A stretch of DNA of 64,000 bases, from NCBI RefSeq assembly GCF_022045235.1, contig NW_027266297.1:20708001-20772000 (forward strand). The letters run 5' to 3'. Below, in pieces: positions 38,061 to 51,149 of this stretch. The notes below the pieces were generated by a model. The model saw nothing but the letters and a program-made list of their open reading frames with translations, did not search any database and was not told the origin of the DNA. The stretch comes from Haliotis cracherodii. Its lineage: Eukaryota. A program made the position numbers and the translations under genes. Within the stretch, counting starts at the first letter, position 1; each line of letters begins with the position of its first letter.

Positions 38061-40172
38061 CTGTCCACTAATATAGCGTGACGTAGTTTAACATGGATAC
38101 CCCACTCAGATATAGTGTACTAACTCCGAGCCGACAACCCCTTAATGCCGAGCTCCAGACAGTATGACAACATGTGCCATCTTTTAACGTCTCTTGATAT
38201 GACGCGACCAGGGAATCGAACAACTGATCTTTCGCTGTCCTGGCTAATGCCCTATCCACTAGGCCACGGAGGCTGTTCGCCTTTCATATTCATTGGTACA
38301 TGTATACGTGTCTCCAGGAATAACGCATAACACAGTTACACATATTCGTTTCTAAAGGAGACGATAATGTCGCCCACTGGGTTGAGCTTTAGCCCTGCGA
38401 TCTATTCTATATGCAGTGCAATGTGTGTTGTTGTTATGGTTACGGTGTTGCCACATGTTCCGCCATATAGTGCAGAGTAATCGTGCCAGATACTACGGCG
38501 GGCAGTTTCAACTGAGTCCGAAACAGGCACACCAGTGATTGATATTATGCGCAACATCCCTTTCCGTAGGGGTACGGTCGCAGGCAATCAACCAACTCAC
38601 TGACCATCCAATGTTACTCATTGGATGACCTTTTATAAACCGGAAGTCCCAAGAAGGCATGAACAAACATATCAGTGTGTTCATAAACATAATTATCCGA
38701 GGAGGTGATAAATAATATTAAGTCATGTGTCCAATCTATATATGATGACGCACAGGTACACGCAATTGAAAACAAGAATGACTTTAGTATATATTTATTT
38801 TAGATATAGTATGGGCTACATCATATATAGAAATAACTTTCTGACCTATACCATTTAATCATTGGACAATATCCCAATGATCATAATTATGTTATACACT
38901 CTAAAACCGATATAACTATTGCCTTAAAAACGTATCAAATGCTACACATTATTGAATAATGCCTTTTAAATAGAAATATGCATGACCTTAACATGCATAT
39001 AAATATCAACCATTACATGGTTCATAAAATATATAATACATATATCATGTAAAATTACTATATAGAATATAGAACGGATTACATACAATGTCTATATAGA
39101 ATATAGAACGGATTACATCAGATTTGAGACTTTTATATGATGTCGGTCTGTAAATAATAGACACTGGACTAGTCCAGTGATTGCCATCATGAGCATCGAT
39201 CAAGGGAATTGGATACGATGACATGCATGAACAAAGTCAGCGAGCCTGACCACCCGATCCCGTAAGTCGGCTCTTACGACAATCATGGATTGCTGAAGAT
39301 AACTCGGATGTATATGAGACAGTTGTACCTTCAGTAACTAAGAAACCTGTGCACAAAAGTGGCCTGTATTTGATACACATTTTCTTTAAATGAAATTAAT
39401 AAATGGTTCATTATAACAACAATATAAATTAGTAGAGATGATATCACACTCAAATACAATACAATATATATCTGATGTTACTGGACGGATATATTTAAAC
39501 TGCCTGATGAACGATCGATATCAGACTTCCCGAGAGGACGAAAACAAGGCTACTTCCGGTCCATCCGCTGCCAGCTTTGGGGGCCGGGGGTATTATGACG
39601 CCTTGCAACTCTGCAAGCACACAGATAAGTGTGTTAGTTATGCAATACCCATTTCCTTTTTCCATGAAATAAGTTGAAGTGATAAACTTTATTTACAAGC
39701 AAAGTCCCGCAGCAATTGTTCCTCCCCTCTGCCCAGCCGCCTTCAAGTTGCCAAGACCCCATCCAGGGGGCAATCAATTATAGGACACATCAGCGTCATT
39801 AGTTTCAATCTCATTAAAATCAGATCTTAGTTCTCGCTACCGCTAAACAAAGATCTGAGGACACTCCATTACAGATCACATCAAAACGAATTTGATTGTT
39901 TGTTAAAACTTTACATGTATGTAATATGGGCCATATGGCCTTGAAAACAATAAACTAAACTAATTTTAACGGAATAAGCCACACGGCCTGTAGCTGTTAT
40001 TCGGAAAACCCCGCATTAACCTTTTTGAGTTGAATCCCCAACCACATAAGACTGTCACTTTCCTTATCTGGTAAACGACGCTCCGATTGGTCGGGTGAAA
40101 CGTCCTTCTGACATGAACCGTAACAGAATGTTCTCAGATCTTTGTTTAATGGTAGCGAGAACCATGAGAACG

Positions 40173-40227
<55 letters not shown>

Positions 40228-40480
40228 TTCTCCCCTGATATTGAACATGTTTTTAATGTCAACAAGTAACTTAGGTCTTCTGGTTATATCCCCCAAAATA
40301 ATTTAACTAATACAAACACTCTTAGCACTGATGTTTGAGTGTGTCGGGCTACAGTACTTTTGAATGTCTCCTTAAGTTCATCATGTGCTCTTATGCTTCC
40401 GGTCCAGGCAGATTGCGGTATCAAATACAGGCTCACTTGAGTACCACCGGGTTCCGTGTAGGATTACAGAGATTACTCAC

Positions 40481-40600
40481 CGTGAGCCAGCACTAGCGGA
40501 AACCTAGGTCCCTCACCTCCCACACTCTCCATGCTCTGAAGGTCAACCATCACGTCAGTCACTGGCGGCAGAACGTCGTACCGGTGAGGGAAGATGCTAC
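40481..40600 (-). CDS. FRRS1: FRRS1-like exon (DOMON His, first b561 His)
   Basis: GSIFPHRYDVLPPVTDVMVDLQS...PLVLAHG; phase 1 to 1. Confidence 0.88.
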
Positions 40601-40721
40601 CTGGAACACCAGCATTGCACAGGTGTACGTACAGCTGACGCCAAGTGAGTGCAAAGTGTTTCTTTGGGCCGCTTTTGGCAATATTCCTGCAGTATCACGG
40701 CGTCATATAATTGCATCCATG

Positions 40722-41060
40722 TTGAGGTGAGATGAGATGAAATGGGGTTTAACGTCGGGTCCAAGATTATTACACTTATATATCGACGTGTGTGTGTTTG
40801 TGTGGATGCTTGTACTAGTCCGGACTGATGCCGATTTATAGTGCTAGTACACTGAGATACCATGCCGCAGATTAACATGAATACCCCACTCAGACTCCCT
40901 GACTCCGAGCCGACCAGTCTTTGTTTTAGCCCCTTAATGCCGCACGCCAGACAGGGTAACAACAAGTACCATCTTTTAACCTCTTTTGTGATGAGCCGGC
41001 CAGGGATCGAACCCCGGACTTTCCGCTCTCTAGTAGGACGCTCTACCACAAGACCTTTGG
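40722..41060 (-). mobile_element. SINE family A
   Basis: Same head, core and tail as other copies. Confidence 0.85.
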
Positions 41061-41286
41061 CAATCTCCATGCTAATAATCGAACTGAATTGAATTGAACG
41101 AATTTATACCATCAGGAAACCGCTCGGCCCCGAAAACGCCTTGACTAACAGATAGTTTAAAAAAGCAATTTGATAATTTCCATTTTCAGCATTTCATTCA
41201 TATCATCGATTTGAAATTTAAAGAAAATCGAAACTATTATCATGAAACTAGATGCAACGATGCATGGTGTGATTCCTTTCAAAAAG

Positions 41287-41538
41287 TAAGTGAGCGAGTG
41301 AGTTGGGTTTAACACCGTTTTAACATTATTCAATTTATATCACGGCGCGCCAGCTTGACGTGAGAACAAAGCCCGGAGAGATGCAGGTCTCAGACGTTTA
41401 CCACTTTGGTGAAACTCACGAGCATGCACGGTAATGGTGCTGACAAACCTAGAAACATAATCGGAGCGAACCAGGATTCGAACCCATAATCATAGGTTTC
41501 TTGCGTCCTCCATAGATGACTGAGCCACCCGTGTCCCC
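41287..41538 (-). mobile_element. SINE family D
   Basis: Homology to 36673-36950. Confidence 0.8.
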
Positions 41539-41618
41539 TCTTTTCAAAGACAATGTACTCGTATGTCAGTATATCACTTATTTCGCTAATATATATAATA
41601 TATTTACGTAAATCCTAC

Positions 41619-41772
41619 CACTGATGGCATCCCCGTCGGCAAACATAAGGTAGTAGTCGTTGTTAAGGTCCTTCAAATGTGGGTAGAAGTCATCCCTCTT
41701 AACGCGGTCAAAGCTGCACTCGAGGACGCCGTTGACGTAAGAGCCGGCAGCGTTACTCAGACCGGCGGTCTT
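41619..41772 (-). CDS. FRRS1: FRRS1-like exon (DOMON)
   Basis: KTAGLSNAAGSYVNGVLECSFDR...DLNNDYYLMFADG. Confidence 0.9.
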
Positions 41773-42705
41773 CTGGAACGTCAATCACAAGTGTGAGTTA
41801 TAAATGACATGAGGACCCTGAAACGTAAACTGAGTAAGGCAGCGGAATATGCTAATGGAAGAGTAAGCGATAAGACTTTGAAAGGAGACTCGGATCCTCG
41901 CTTTGTACCCATGTGGGATCCGAATCCGGGCCTTCGGTGTGACGAGCGAGTACTCTAACCACTAGGCTATCCCGACGCCAAAAGTCACTTTGAAGAGAAT
42001 TTCATATGTATTGTGGCCTGTCCCCCTGTTCGGAATTCCAAAGTGACATGGTAATATGTGATAAACATGTGAAGCCAAAGATTAGAGAATATTGTGAGGA
42101 TCCTCCTCAAAATGGCGACCAGTAACGTGGTACGCAATATTATCGCGGTAGTTAATGTATAATGTATCGTAATGGCTAACGCTTACTAACACATTAACAA
42201 TATCATACGCAAAATGTTTCTTGTTCTTTATTCTACTTCTATGACACATCAATCAGGATTGATCGAAGCTGATGTTCTTCATCGAGTTCGGTAAACAAAG
42301 TACCTGTGACCAGCGGCTCAAGGGCAGGCAACTCTGTTATCGCGGTATCACTATTTTGTGTCTGATACGTTATGGAATATGCATAATCAGTATTCATACG
42401 GCATAGGTTAGGTCAAAGGACATCGTCCAATTAAGTGGATTCTTTTCAAACCAATTTCGAAAGGAGGTGGGGGTAATTTCACTTCAAAAACATTCCAGAA
42501 ACTATCATAAAAAAGTTACTTACTAGTAGCCGTGACATAACGCAGCGAGTCCTGTATTCGATCATGCGATGAAATACTGTGCTTATTTTTGTATAAGTAA
42601 ACAGTCGATAGGGGATGTAGATTACGAGATTTACCGAGTCATACTATATACGATTGCTGGTTAACAGTTCATATACAGAAATAATAAACATTGTCCAGTA
42701 CTCAC

Positions 42706-42801
42706 GTCTTCCATGCGAATGTTGATCTTATCATCGTTGTAGGAGCTATACACGCGGACAAAACCGGCGTCGATCACGCATTCAATGACAGCATCATCTC
42801 C
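42706..42801 (-). CDS. FRRS1: FRRS1-like exon (DOMON)
   Basis: GDDAVIECVIDAGFVRVYSSYNDDKINIRMED. Confidence 0.9.
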
Positions 42802-42924
42802 CTGAATAAAAACGGGTACATAGTTCAACATTCTAATACATCACAAAGAACGTTTTTTTCGGAACGTATTGAAAAGACGACCATCGTGCAGCTGATCTAC
42901 TCTTCCCAATGCCCTATGTTTATG

Positions 42925-43190
42925 TTTTTTTTTTTGTTGTTGTTTAACGCCGCACTCAGCAATATTCCAGCTATATGACGGTGGTCTATAAATAATCGAG
43001 TCTGGACCAGACAATCCAGTGATTGACATTATGAGCATCGATCTACACAATTAGAATCGATGACATGCATCAACCAAATCAGCGAGCCTGACCACCCGAT
43101 CCTGTTAGTTGACTCTTACGACAAGCATTGTCGCCTTTTACGACATGCATGGGTGGCTGACGACCTATTCTACCCCGGATCTTCAAGGGT
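42925..43190 (-). mobile_element. Family B element, full length with TSD
   Basis: 14-bp TSD CCCTATGTTTATGT at 42912 and 43191. Confidence 0.9.
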
Positions 43191-43231
43191 CCCTATGTTT
43201 ATGTCATGACCCAAATCTAGATAACGCTCAC

Positions 43232-43444
43232 CATCAGCCTGTCCTCTGAAAAAGCAATGGCCATCCACCTCTCGCTACTTGCTGGCTCGATCTTCTTCAT
43301 ATCAAATGTGATGACGTCCCCAGCTTCCACCCATGTGACGATGTACGTGCACCTGCCTCTCTGGCAGTCGTGGAAGCAGCCCCGAGTCCGGCCACACCCA
43401 GGGTCCAGGGGAAGACCAAGAGGGGTAGTACCCTTGGAAGCATT
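43232..43444 (-). CDS. FRRS1: FRRS1-like first DOMON exon (5' boundary uncertain)
   Basis: DPGCGRTRGCFHDCQRGRCTYIVTW...RWMAIAFSEDRLM (heme-ligand Met); donor ATG|GTGAGC. Confidence 0.85.
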
Positions 43445-43537
43445 CTTCATGGAAGAGAAAATAGCAGAGGGTTATTCGTTGAGCATATGTACCAATGCAG
43501 GTGCCCCTGCAACATCTTCAAGAATATTAGACAAAAG

Positions 43538-43867
43538 GTGAGGTGAAAACGTCGCGTCCAAGATTATTGCACTTATATAGCGACGTGCATGCACGTGTGT
43601 TTGTGGCTGCTTGTACTAGTCCGGACTAATGCCGATTTATAGTGCTAGCTCACTGAGATACCATGCCGCAGTTTAACATGAACACCCCACTCAGACACAG
43701 TATACTGACTCCAAGCCGACCAGTCCTTGTTTTAGCCCCTTTTATGCCAGACAGGGTAACAACAAGTACCATCTTTTAACGTCTTTTGGTATGACGCGGC
43801 CGGGGATCGAACCCCTGACCTTGCGCTCTCCGGGCGGACGCTCTACCACAAGACCACGGAGGCGGTC
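43538..43867 (-). mobile_element. SINE family A, full length
   Basis: Head, core and tail intact; TSD-like TTAGACAAA. Confidence 0.9.
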
Positions 43868-44545
43868 TTTTAGACAAAGAGTCTAATGGATGAGGATTAG
43901 TGAACTCGAAAATAGAAGTTGAACACGCCTTAACTTTATGACTCGACCAACACCAGAAATGATTAATATCAAAGAATATCAGAAAGGAAACAGACCTGGT
44001 CAGAGTGAGGCTCTCCCTCAAAGGCCCGACAGCTAGGAAACAGGTGATAGCCGCAAGACCATAGAGCACAGTATATTCAGAGATGAAACAAATCAGCAAA
44101 AACGAAAACTATCTCCTGTTTTCGGAGTAACTGTAGATGTGACTGTAATATGATAGATGTAATGTAGCATTTATTGTTAGCTTCAAAATGTCCAGCCTAG
44201 GCAGTTGAAGAATATTTCACTGACGAGTAAGTGAGTGAGTGAGTGGGTATGGTTTTACACCACATTTTAGCAATATTTCAGCAATATCACGGCGGGGACA
44301 TCAGAAATGAGCTTTAAACATTTCCCCATGTGGGAAACCCGGGCCTTCGGCGTGACGAGCGAACGCTTTAACCACTGGGCTACCCGACCGCCCCTTTTAC
44401 TGAAGAATACCGTGACCACAGCGTAGAGCTATCCTTGTCTATTGAAGTGGCAGATTTGGGTATATGTTATCTCGAGGCGTTAAATATCTTTGACTCAGTC
44501 TCACTCTCTTGTGGTTGCTGAGTCTCGGTATGTCTTTAGTTGGTC

Positions 44546-44623
44546 TACGTCACACGTATGTTTAGCCCGGAAGATACCGGAAGATACCGGAAGCAAAGTA
44601 CCATGCGTAACTTCCTGGAAGTG
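44546..44623. promoter_or_regulatory. Cluster of ETS (CCGGAAG x3), STAT-like (TTCCTGGAA) and CRE half-site motifs
   Basis: CCGGAAGATACCGGAAGATACCGGAAG 44567-44593; TTCCTGGAA 44612-44620; TACGTCA 44546-44552. Confidence 0.35.
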
Positions 44624-45222
44624 AATTATGTACAATATGTTACGAATCCATCACCGCTGTTTTGAGAAAAAGGACTTAAAAGAATAGAAAACATGCATAA
44701 GACAGAAGAAAATGACAAAGTTTATTTTAGTAGTGAGAAAGAAGAGACTCTTGACAGGCAGCAGAAAATCGGAGGGGATAAATGTAGGTAAACTGCAAAT
44801 ACCGAAGAACCAGTAATATGATATCCAGGGTGTGGGCCTGGGGATTTTAAACAAAAGAATGTGTCCCCCCTTCCCCCAAAATGAGAAAAACACAACAAAC
44901 AAAAAAAACCCGCCTCAGGACGGACATACGTTATGTCCTAAATTTAAAAAAAAAAGAAATTCTTTGGCTCATCCTTCCAGAAATAAATTGTCTTGAAGAA
45001 GTGATCAGTTCCCTACCCCATCACCACTACTCCACCTAAATATTAAATAATCAATCCCAAACATACACGAACAATGTCACATGTTGCTGCGGTAGATTAT
45101 AGGGTTAGCTACGTCAATGTCCAAACGCAATGCATTTTGCAAAGGGCAGTTTCCTCCTAGATGATGTGACAAATATAACCTTACACTGAGGATGAATAAG
45201 AAGAAATTGATACTGAGGGAGA

Positions 45223-45583
45223 TTAGGAACGTGAAGCTGACCAATTAACGTTAGGGAATATGAGATGAAGGAACCGTCGCCACGACCACTGAATCGCTGA
45301 ACGAGTTATCTGCCCCACCCGTGTAATCTCCTTCTGAATTTGTTCAGCAGTTTGGGGCGATGCATCTGTTCCAGTTATCTCCCTTGGTAGGTTCGGCTGC
45401 GCGTTTGTGTCACGTGATTGAGAGTTTCCGGCCTGACGTTCGTTCGAGATGCCAAAGGTAAATCCGCCGATGGGTGGGCGTGGTTTGGGTGTGGTTGGAG
45501 CTTGGGTGATCGGACGTGACACTATAACCACGTTGGCGGAGTTCACGTAGTAGTAGAAACGTTTTTCCTCCACAATGACTGAC
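45223..45583 (-). CDS. Reeler-domain protein exon 4 (end of Reeler, P/T-rich tail, reads to TAA)
   Basis: Phase-2 acceptor TGCAG; SVIVEEKRFYYYVNS...; stop at 45223; 3' boundary uncertain if spliced to DOMON. Confidence 0.75.
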
Positions 45584-46440
45584 CTGCATGCAGAAGATAT
45601 CGATTAAGACAGTGGGCTTGTTCGTCTCGCCATGACGAGACGAAGGCAATGCGACACATCTGACATTCAGACATATTTTGGACATCTACTGAGATTATGC
45701 TTTGGCTATGCTCATACAGTCCAGGTCGAGTTTAAAAACAACGACCGTAGCACTGTCGTACTCTCATACTGTAGCATTTTTTGGCTTTTACGACATGGGT
45801 AGCGTCAAGACCGTTTTCAGAAACGGAAGTCAGGCTTTGTTTCAAAGGTAGCTCTGTTTTAAACAGCGATCTTTTGGCTACAACTGTGCCACGTATCCCA
45901 GTTGCGTGGATCAATGCTCATGATACTAATCCCTGGATTGTCTGGTCCAGAATCGATTATTTACAGACCGCTGAGTGCTGAGTGCGGCGTTAAACAACAA
46001 ACCAACCAAGTGTGCCACTTCATTGTTAACGTGTGTGGTTTGAGATAGCAGTAACGCTAGGAGAACTTTTCACCAGACATTGGAGCATGACACTCGTTTA
46101 GGAACAGAACAGCCCATAACAGCACTATATTCCTCTCATACCGAGTGCATCGGCAAATGAGGTACAAGCAGTATTTTACAATGCGGTGGACAGAGGTTTA
46201 CCGGGAGTTTTTACAAATTTACATAGTTTCTTTTGGACAGGCATCTTATGACAGTTACATAATTGCTGGAGTTGTAACATAGTTGGTCTATTTGAACGGT
46301 GTTTGGGGATGTACACGTCCCTATGTTCATTGAAATATTTACATTTGAAGATATAGTGGAATTCATCTTCAATGTCACACTATCACACCACATGCATAAA
46401 CGTTCATTCAACGGGGTTTAATTCCTTCTTCCGGGCGTAC

Positions 46441-46544
46441 CTGAACTGTATAACCGTTCCAGCAATGGCGTTTGAGGGTGCGACCCAGTCGAATGTTTTC
46501 CTGTTCTTCGGTATTCGACCGTCCTTGTGTGTTACTCCGGATTT
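46441..46544 (-). CDS. Reeler exon 3
   Basis: KSGVTHKDGRIPKNRKTFDWVAPSNAIAGTVIQFR (Reeler TH..K...W.AP...F). Confidence 0.9.
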
Positions 46545-47022
46545 CTGTAATGGAGGGACTTGACATGATACATGCATTATTAATGAACGAGTGATCTGAG
46601 TTTAACGCCGCCTTCAATTTACAGTGTTTGTTTTATCACGGCGTGTCAGCTTAATGTAGGAGGAAAGTCAACAGTGAGAAAATCGTAGATGTTTTCCTAC
46701 CACTTTAATATGTTTTTAAGTAAAAGGTCGTCTAAAGCAGAATGACCTCTGTGATATGTGAACTTTTAAAGCCAAAGTTTATGCCCGTGTCAACTAAATG
46801 TGTGACGAGGGACGGAATCTTGGGATATATATGTGCTCTTCAAAAGATATATCGTATAGGGAGGAACTATATATTCTGCATGACTCAGTTCTTTAAGTAT
46901 TAGTACACGTGTGGGAAGCGGTCCGGGTGGGGTAGAAGCATGTTCTGCCATTTGGCTTTAGGCCTAGGTCAGCGATATCAGGCGCCTCAGTGACACTGTG
47001 ATTAGAGTGAGTGAGTAACGCG

Positions 47023-47285
47023 GTGAGTGAGTGAGTGAGTTGAGTTTTACGCCGCTTTTAACAGTATTTCAGTTATATCACGGCGTGTCAGCTTAATGTG
47101 GGAGGAAAGCCCGAAGTGATGCAGACGTTTACCATTTCGGTGAAACCCACGAGCTGACAAACCTAGAAACATAATCGGGGCCAACCGAATTCGAACCCAC
47201 AATCATTTGTTTCTGGCGTGCCCAAGGGACGCAACTCTGCACAGCGAATCGCGGCGCCTTAGACGACTGGGCCACCCGTGCCCCC
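47023..47285 (-). mobile_element. SINE family D
   Basis: 9-bp TSD TAACGCGGT. Confidence 0.9.
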
Positions 47286-47821
47286 TAACGCGGTTTGAAC
47301 ATTGAATCAGTTACATAACGGATATCCCTTTATATGTGGGAGCAAATATAGAGCAATAATCAGGTCTTCCATCACAGGTTACTGGAACGTCTAAGGGACC
47401 GACCGTTTGGTCCTTTGGGATTTGGGATGGGGGGTGGGGGATTTTGTATGAACTGGCTATTGTTTCAGCTACAGCTGCAAAACCAGATATTTATTATTAA
47501 TTTAAACTTGGAGCCTAATTGAAAAAAAACCCGTTCAAACATCATGCAACAATATATTCTTTGTGGCAGACATTTTACGTTTTTTTCAACAGACTGAAGC
47601 TTAATATTAGTTCTCGATAAAACACACCATCCATCACCCACCCCCCACCACCTACAACCCCATGAATATCAAATAGTCGTTCCCTAAGGGTGCAACTCTG
47701 CACAGCAATTTGGTGCTATAGCTGAGATTGGAGTTGGCAGGAGAGACAACAGAGCTTAGTTCCCTGTCCTATGGGGATATCACTGCCAGATTACGATACC
47801 AACACCCCGACCAATACTTAC

Positions 47822-47937
47822 GCCACACCTGTCGCCCATGTTGATCCCGGGGATGCTGTAGCCGATGGTGTTACCAGTCTGAGTGTTGACTGTCTTAACT
47901 AAGAAGCCTTTGAATGATTTCGTTCCCTCGATGGTTA
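47822..47937 (-). CDS. Reeler exon 2
   Basis: VTIEGTKSFKGFLVK...IG...CG; phase 1 to 0. Confidence 0.9.
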
Positions 47938-48931
47938 CTGGGTAACAGCAGAAATTCATATTAAGACAAAAATACAATACATTCATTTTATAAACTACAC
48001 AGGAATAAGTTTAAACGACTTACGCCATATAGAAATAGAGCCTGAGTGTCCAAAATGGCGTCGGGGTGAACACAATGGTTTCTTGGTGTACAAAATGGCT
48101 TCGGGTGGTACAAAATGACTTCGTAACATAAATGGCAATTGCACTTGAAATATATTTTCTCTGATGTGACCTGGTTGGTTGTGTATCCACATAAGCACTA
48201 TCGTCCAGGGTTGATCTGTACAAGGTGCCATTTGTTTTACAGACGCTCGCATACATACACATGATCCATAATGTTATTGTTCACATGACCCTACCCCAAA
48301 CCCTTTGCTTTTTCTGGAGTCAAACACCTTCAGGTTATTACAAAGCTCTGTCAACGGGATCTGGTGGTCAGGCTCGCCGACTTGGTTGATGCATGTCATC
48401 GTATCCCAATTGCGTAGATCGATGCTCATGATATCGATCTCTGGATTGTCTGGTCTAGACTCGATTATTTACAGACCGCCGTCATATAGCTGGAATATTG
48501 CTGAGTGTGGCGCTCTGACATACTTTCCAACCATTGCCCCAGATAACTTTGTGAGTGAGTGAGTGAGTATGGTTTCACGCAATATCACGCCGAGGGAAAT
48601 GGGCTTCACACATTGTACCCATTAAACCCGGGTTATCGGCGTGTCGAGCGAACTCTTAAACCACTAGGCTTCCCCATCGCCCCAGGGGGATGTGGCTAAC
48701 AGCAACTTTGAACATTATTTCATCTGTATCTGACTTAGTGCTGATAAACCAAGTGCCCTTATTGAAACTAAACTTAGACTCGACCCTTCAATCAGTGGAT
48801 GGTGATAGCTGCTAAAGGCCGCAACGCTGTATCGCAGGTAGGAGACACTCAGAGCGCCCCTCGAAGCTGTGGATTGTGGTATGATACACACGATACACTC
48901 ACGATACGATACACGTTCGTATCACGATACA

Positions 48932-49710
48932 GATGCATTTTTGCGTAGATACTGAATCTTAAAGGCTTCACTTGTCCATTACCATACGCTAGTTGTGATA
49001 ATTAAAGAGTAACGTAACTGGATCCGTTGAGTTTAATTTGGTAATCAGGTTATGATTCACACAGGTTTTTTATCGTTGCAGTGATCTCATATTTAAGCCT
49101 CGCGTACTTAGCACGTCAAATATGACATTTCTGAGGTCAGGTGCATTATTGCGTAGATAGCAAATCTTAAAGGCCTCACTTGTCAATTATCTCACGTTAG
49201 TTATGATTATTAAATAATAACGTAACTGGATCCGTTGAGTTTAATTTGGTTATCAAGTTATAATTCACACAGGGTTTTTTATAGTTGCAGTGAGCTCATT
49301 TTAAAGCCTGACGTACTTAACACGCACACCCGCACGTAAATTATGACATTATAATGTTGGTTTAAGCCCGGTTTTGTGACACTACAAAAAATTCATTCTG
49401 ATAAAATGAATATTTATCATCTTTTAAATTGGTTAACCTGTTTCCTTGTTATGCGGGACGTGGTACTTTGTTTAAATGTTATCAAGTTATAATTCACACA
49501 GGCTTTTTTATCGTTGCAGTGAGCTCATTTTAAAGCCTGGCGTACTTAACACGCACACTCGCACGTAAATTATGACATTATAATGTTGGTTTAAGCCCGT
49601 TTTTTTTGTGACACTACAAAAAATTCATTCTGATAAAATGAATATTTATCATTTTTTAAATTGGTTAACCTGTTTCCTTGTTATGTGGGATGTGGTACTT
49701 TGTTTAAATG
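48932..49710. repeat. Overlapping local tandem duplications (~200-240-bp units)
   Basis: GTAACGTAACTGGATCCGTTGAG x2; ATTCACACAGG x3; GACACTACAAAAAATTCATTCTG x2. Confidence 0.85.
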
Positions 49711-50099
49711 CGACAAAGCACTTGACATGTGCATGCCTTCTTTCTATTGTGACACTCTTGTCAGAGCAAGCAATGGTGGCATTTTTATTGTCCTGACTTA
49801 TTATCTGTTAGGTGTTTTAATTTATTTTAAATAACATAGTAACTGTACATACACGTATTGATACTTAAAAATGTAAACAGAGTTGCAGTAATTATTGTTT
49901 CTTTGAAACGGGGATCCAGTGCTGCAACGTTACTGAGTAGATGTATTCAGTGCAATGCTTTCTACTACAATGGAATCTGTTTCGGTGGATAACTGAGACT
50001 GTTTTTTTCTGGAGTTTACATTTTATATTTTTTTACGGTTTTTTTTTTATAATTGAAAAATAAACATCTGTGGCCGCCCCACCAACAATACCCTTGACT

Positions 50100-51149
50100 G
50101 TCAATACACTTCTTTTGAATGTGCCCCTAACCCAATGTCAATACACTCTACTTTGAATGTGCCATTCTCACATATCAATACACTTTCCATTAAATGTGCC
50201 CCTCTCACATATCAATACACTTCCCATTAAATGTGCCCCTCTCACATATCAATACACTTTCCATTAAATGTGCCCCTCTCACATATCAATACACTTCCCA
50301 TTAAATGTGCTCCGGAATGTCAGTACACTTCCTTTAGAAGGTGCAATACCCTTGTAGGTGCCCCTCTCACATGTCAATACACTTCCCTTTAATGTGCCTC
50401 AACCCAATGACTAAACACTGTCCTTTCAATGTGCCTCGACCCAATGTTAATACACTTCCCTTGCATGTGCCCCCTGTCACACTTCCCTTTAATGTGACCC
50501 TCTAACATGTCAATACACTTTCCATAAATGTGACCCTCTAACATGTCAATACACTTTCCATAAATGTGACCCTCTAACATGTCAATACACTTCCCTTCAA
50601 TACGACCCTCTAACATGTCAATACACTTTCCATAAATGTGACCCTCTAACATGTCAATACACTTCCCTTTAATGTGACCCTCTAACATGTCAATACACTT
50701 TCCATAAATGTGACCCTCTAACATGTCAATACACTTCCCTTTAATGTGACCCTCTAACATGTCAATACACTTTCCATAAATGTGACCCTCTAACATGTCA
50801 ATACACTTTCCATAAATGTGACCCTCTAACATGTCAATACACTTTCCATAAATGTGACCCTCTAACATGTCAATACACTTCCCTTCAATACGACCCTCTA
50901 ACATGTCAATACACTTTCCATAAATGTGACCCTCTAACATGTCAATACACTTCCCTTTAATGTGACCCTCTAACATGTCAATACACTTCCCATAAATGTG
51001 CCCAAATCCAGTGTGAATACGCTTCCCTTTAAATGTTCCCAAACCCAATGTCAATACTTTTCTTTAAATGTGCCCCTGCCACATGTCAATACACTTCTCT
51101 TGAATGTGTCCCCATCCCATGTCAATACCGCACCTTTGATTGTGTCCCC
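50100..51149. repeat. 36-bp minisatellite (ATGTCAATACACTTTCCATAAATGTGACCCTCTAAC)
   Basis: Visible; homogeneous core ~50480-51000 with degenerate flanks. Confidence 0.95.

Noticed and set aside
43776-44099. Hydrophobic ORF as a signal-peptide exon for the DOMON module
   Set aside because: No in-frame ATG, and its donor phase (2) does not match the DOMON acceptor (0)
50389-51054. 221-aa (GHIYGKCIDMLE)n ORF as a real heme/metal protein
   Set aside because: Intronic 36-bp minisatellite; TTG start; out of frame with the upstream exon
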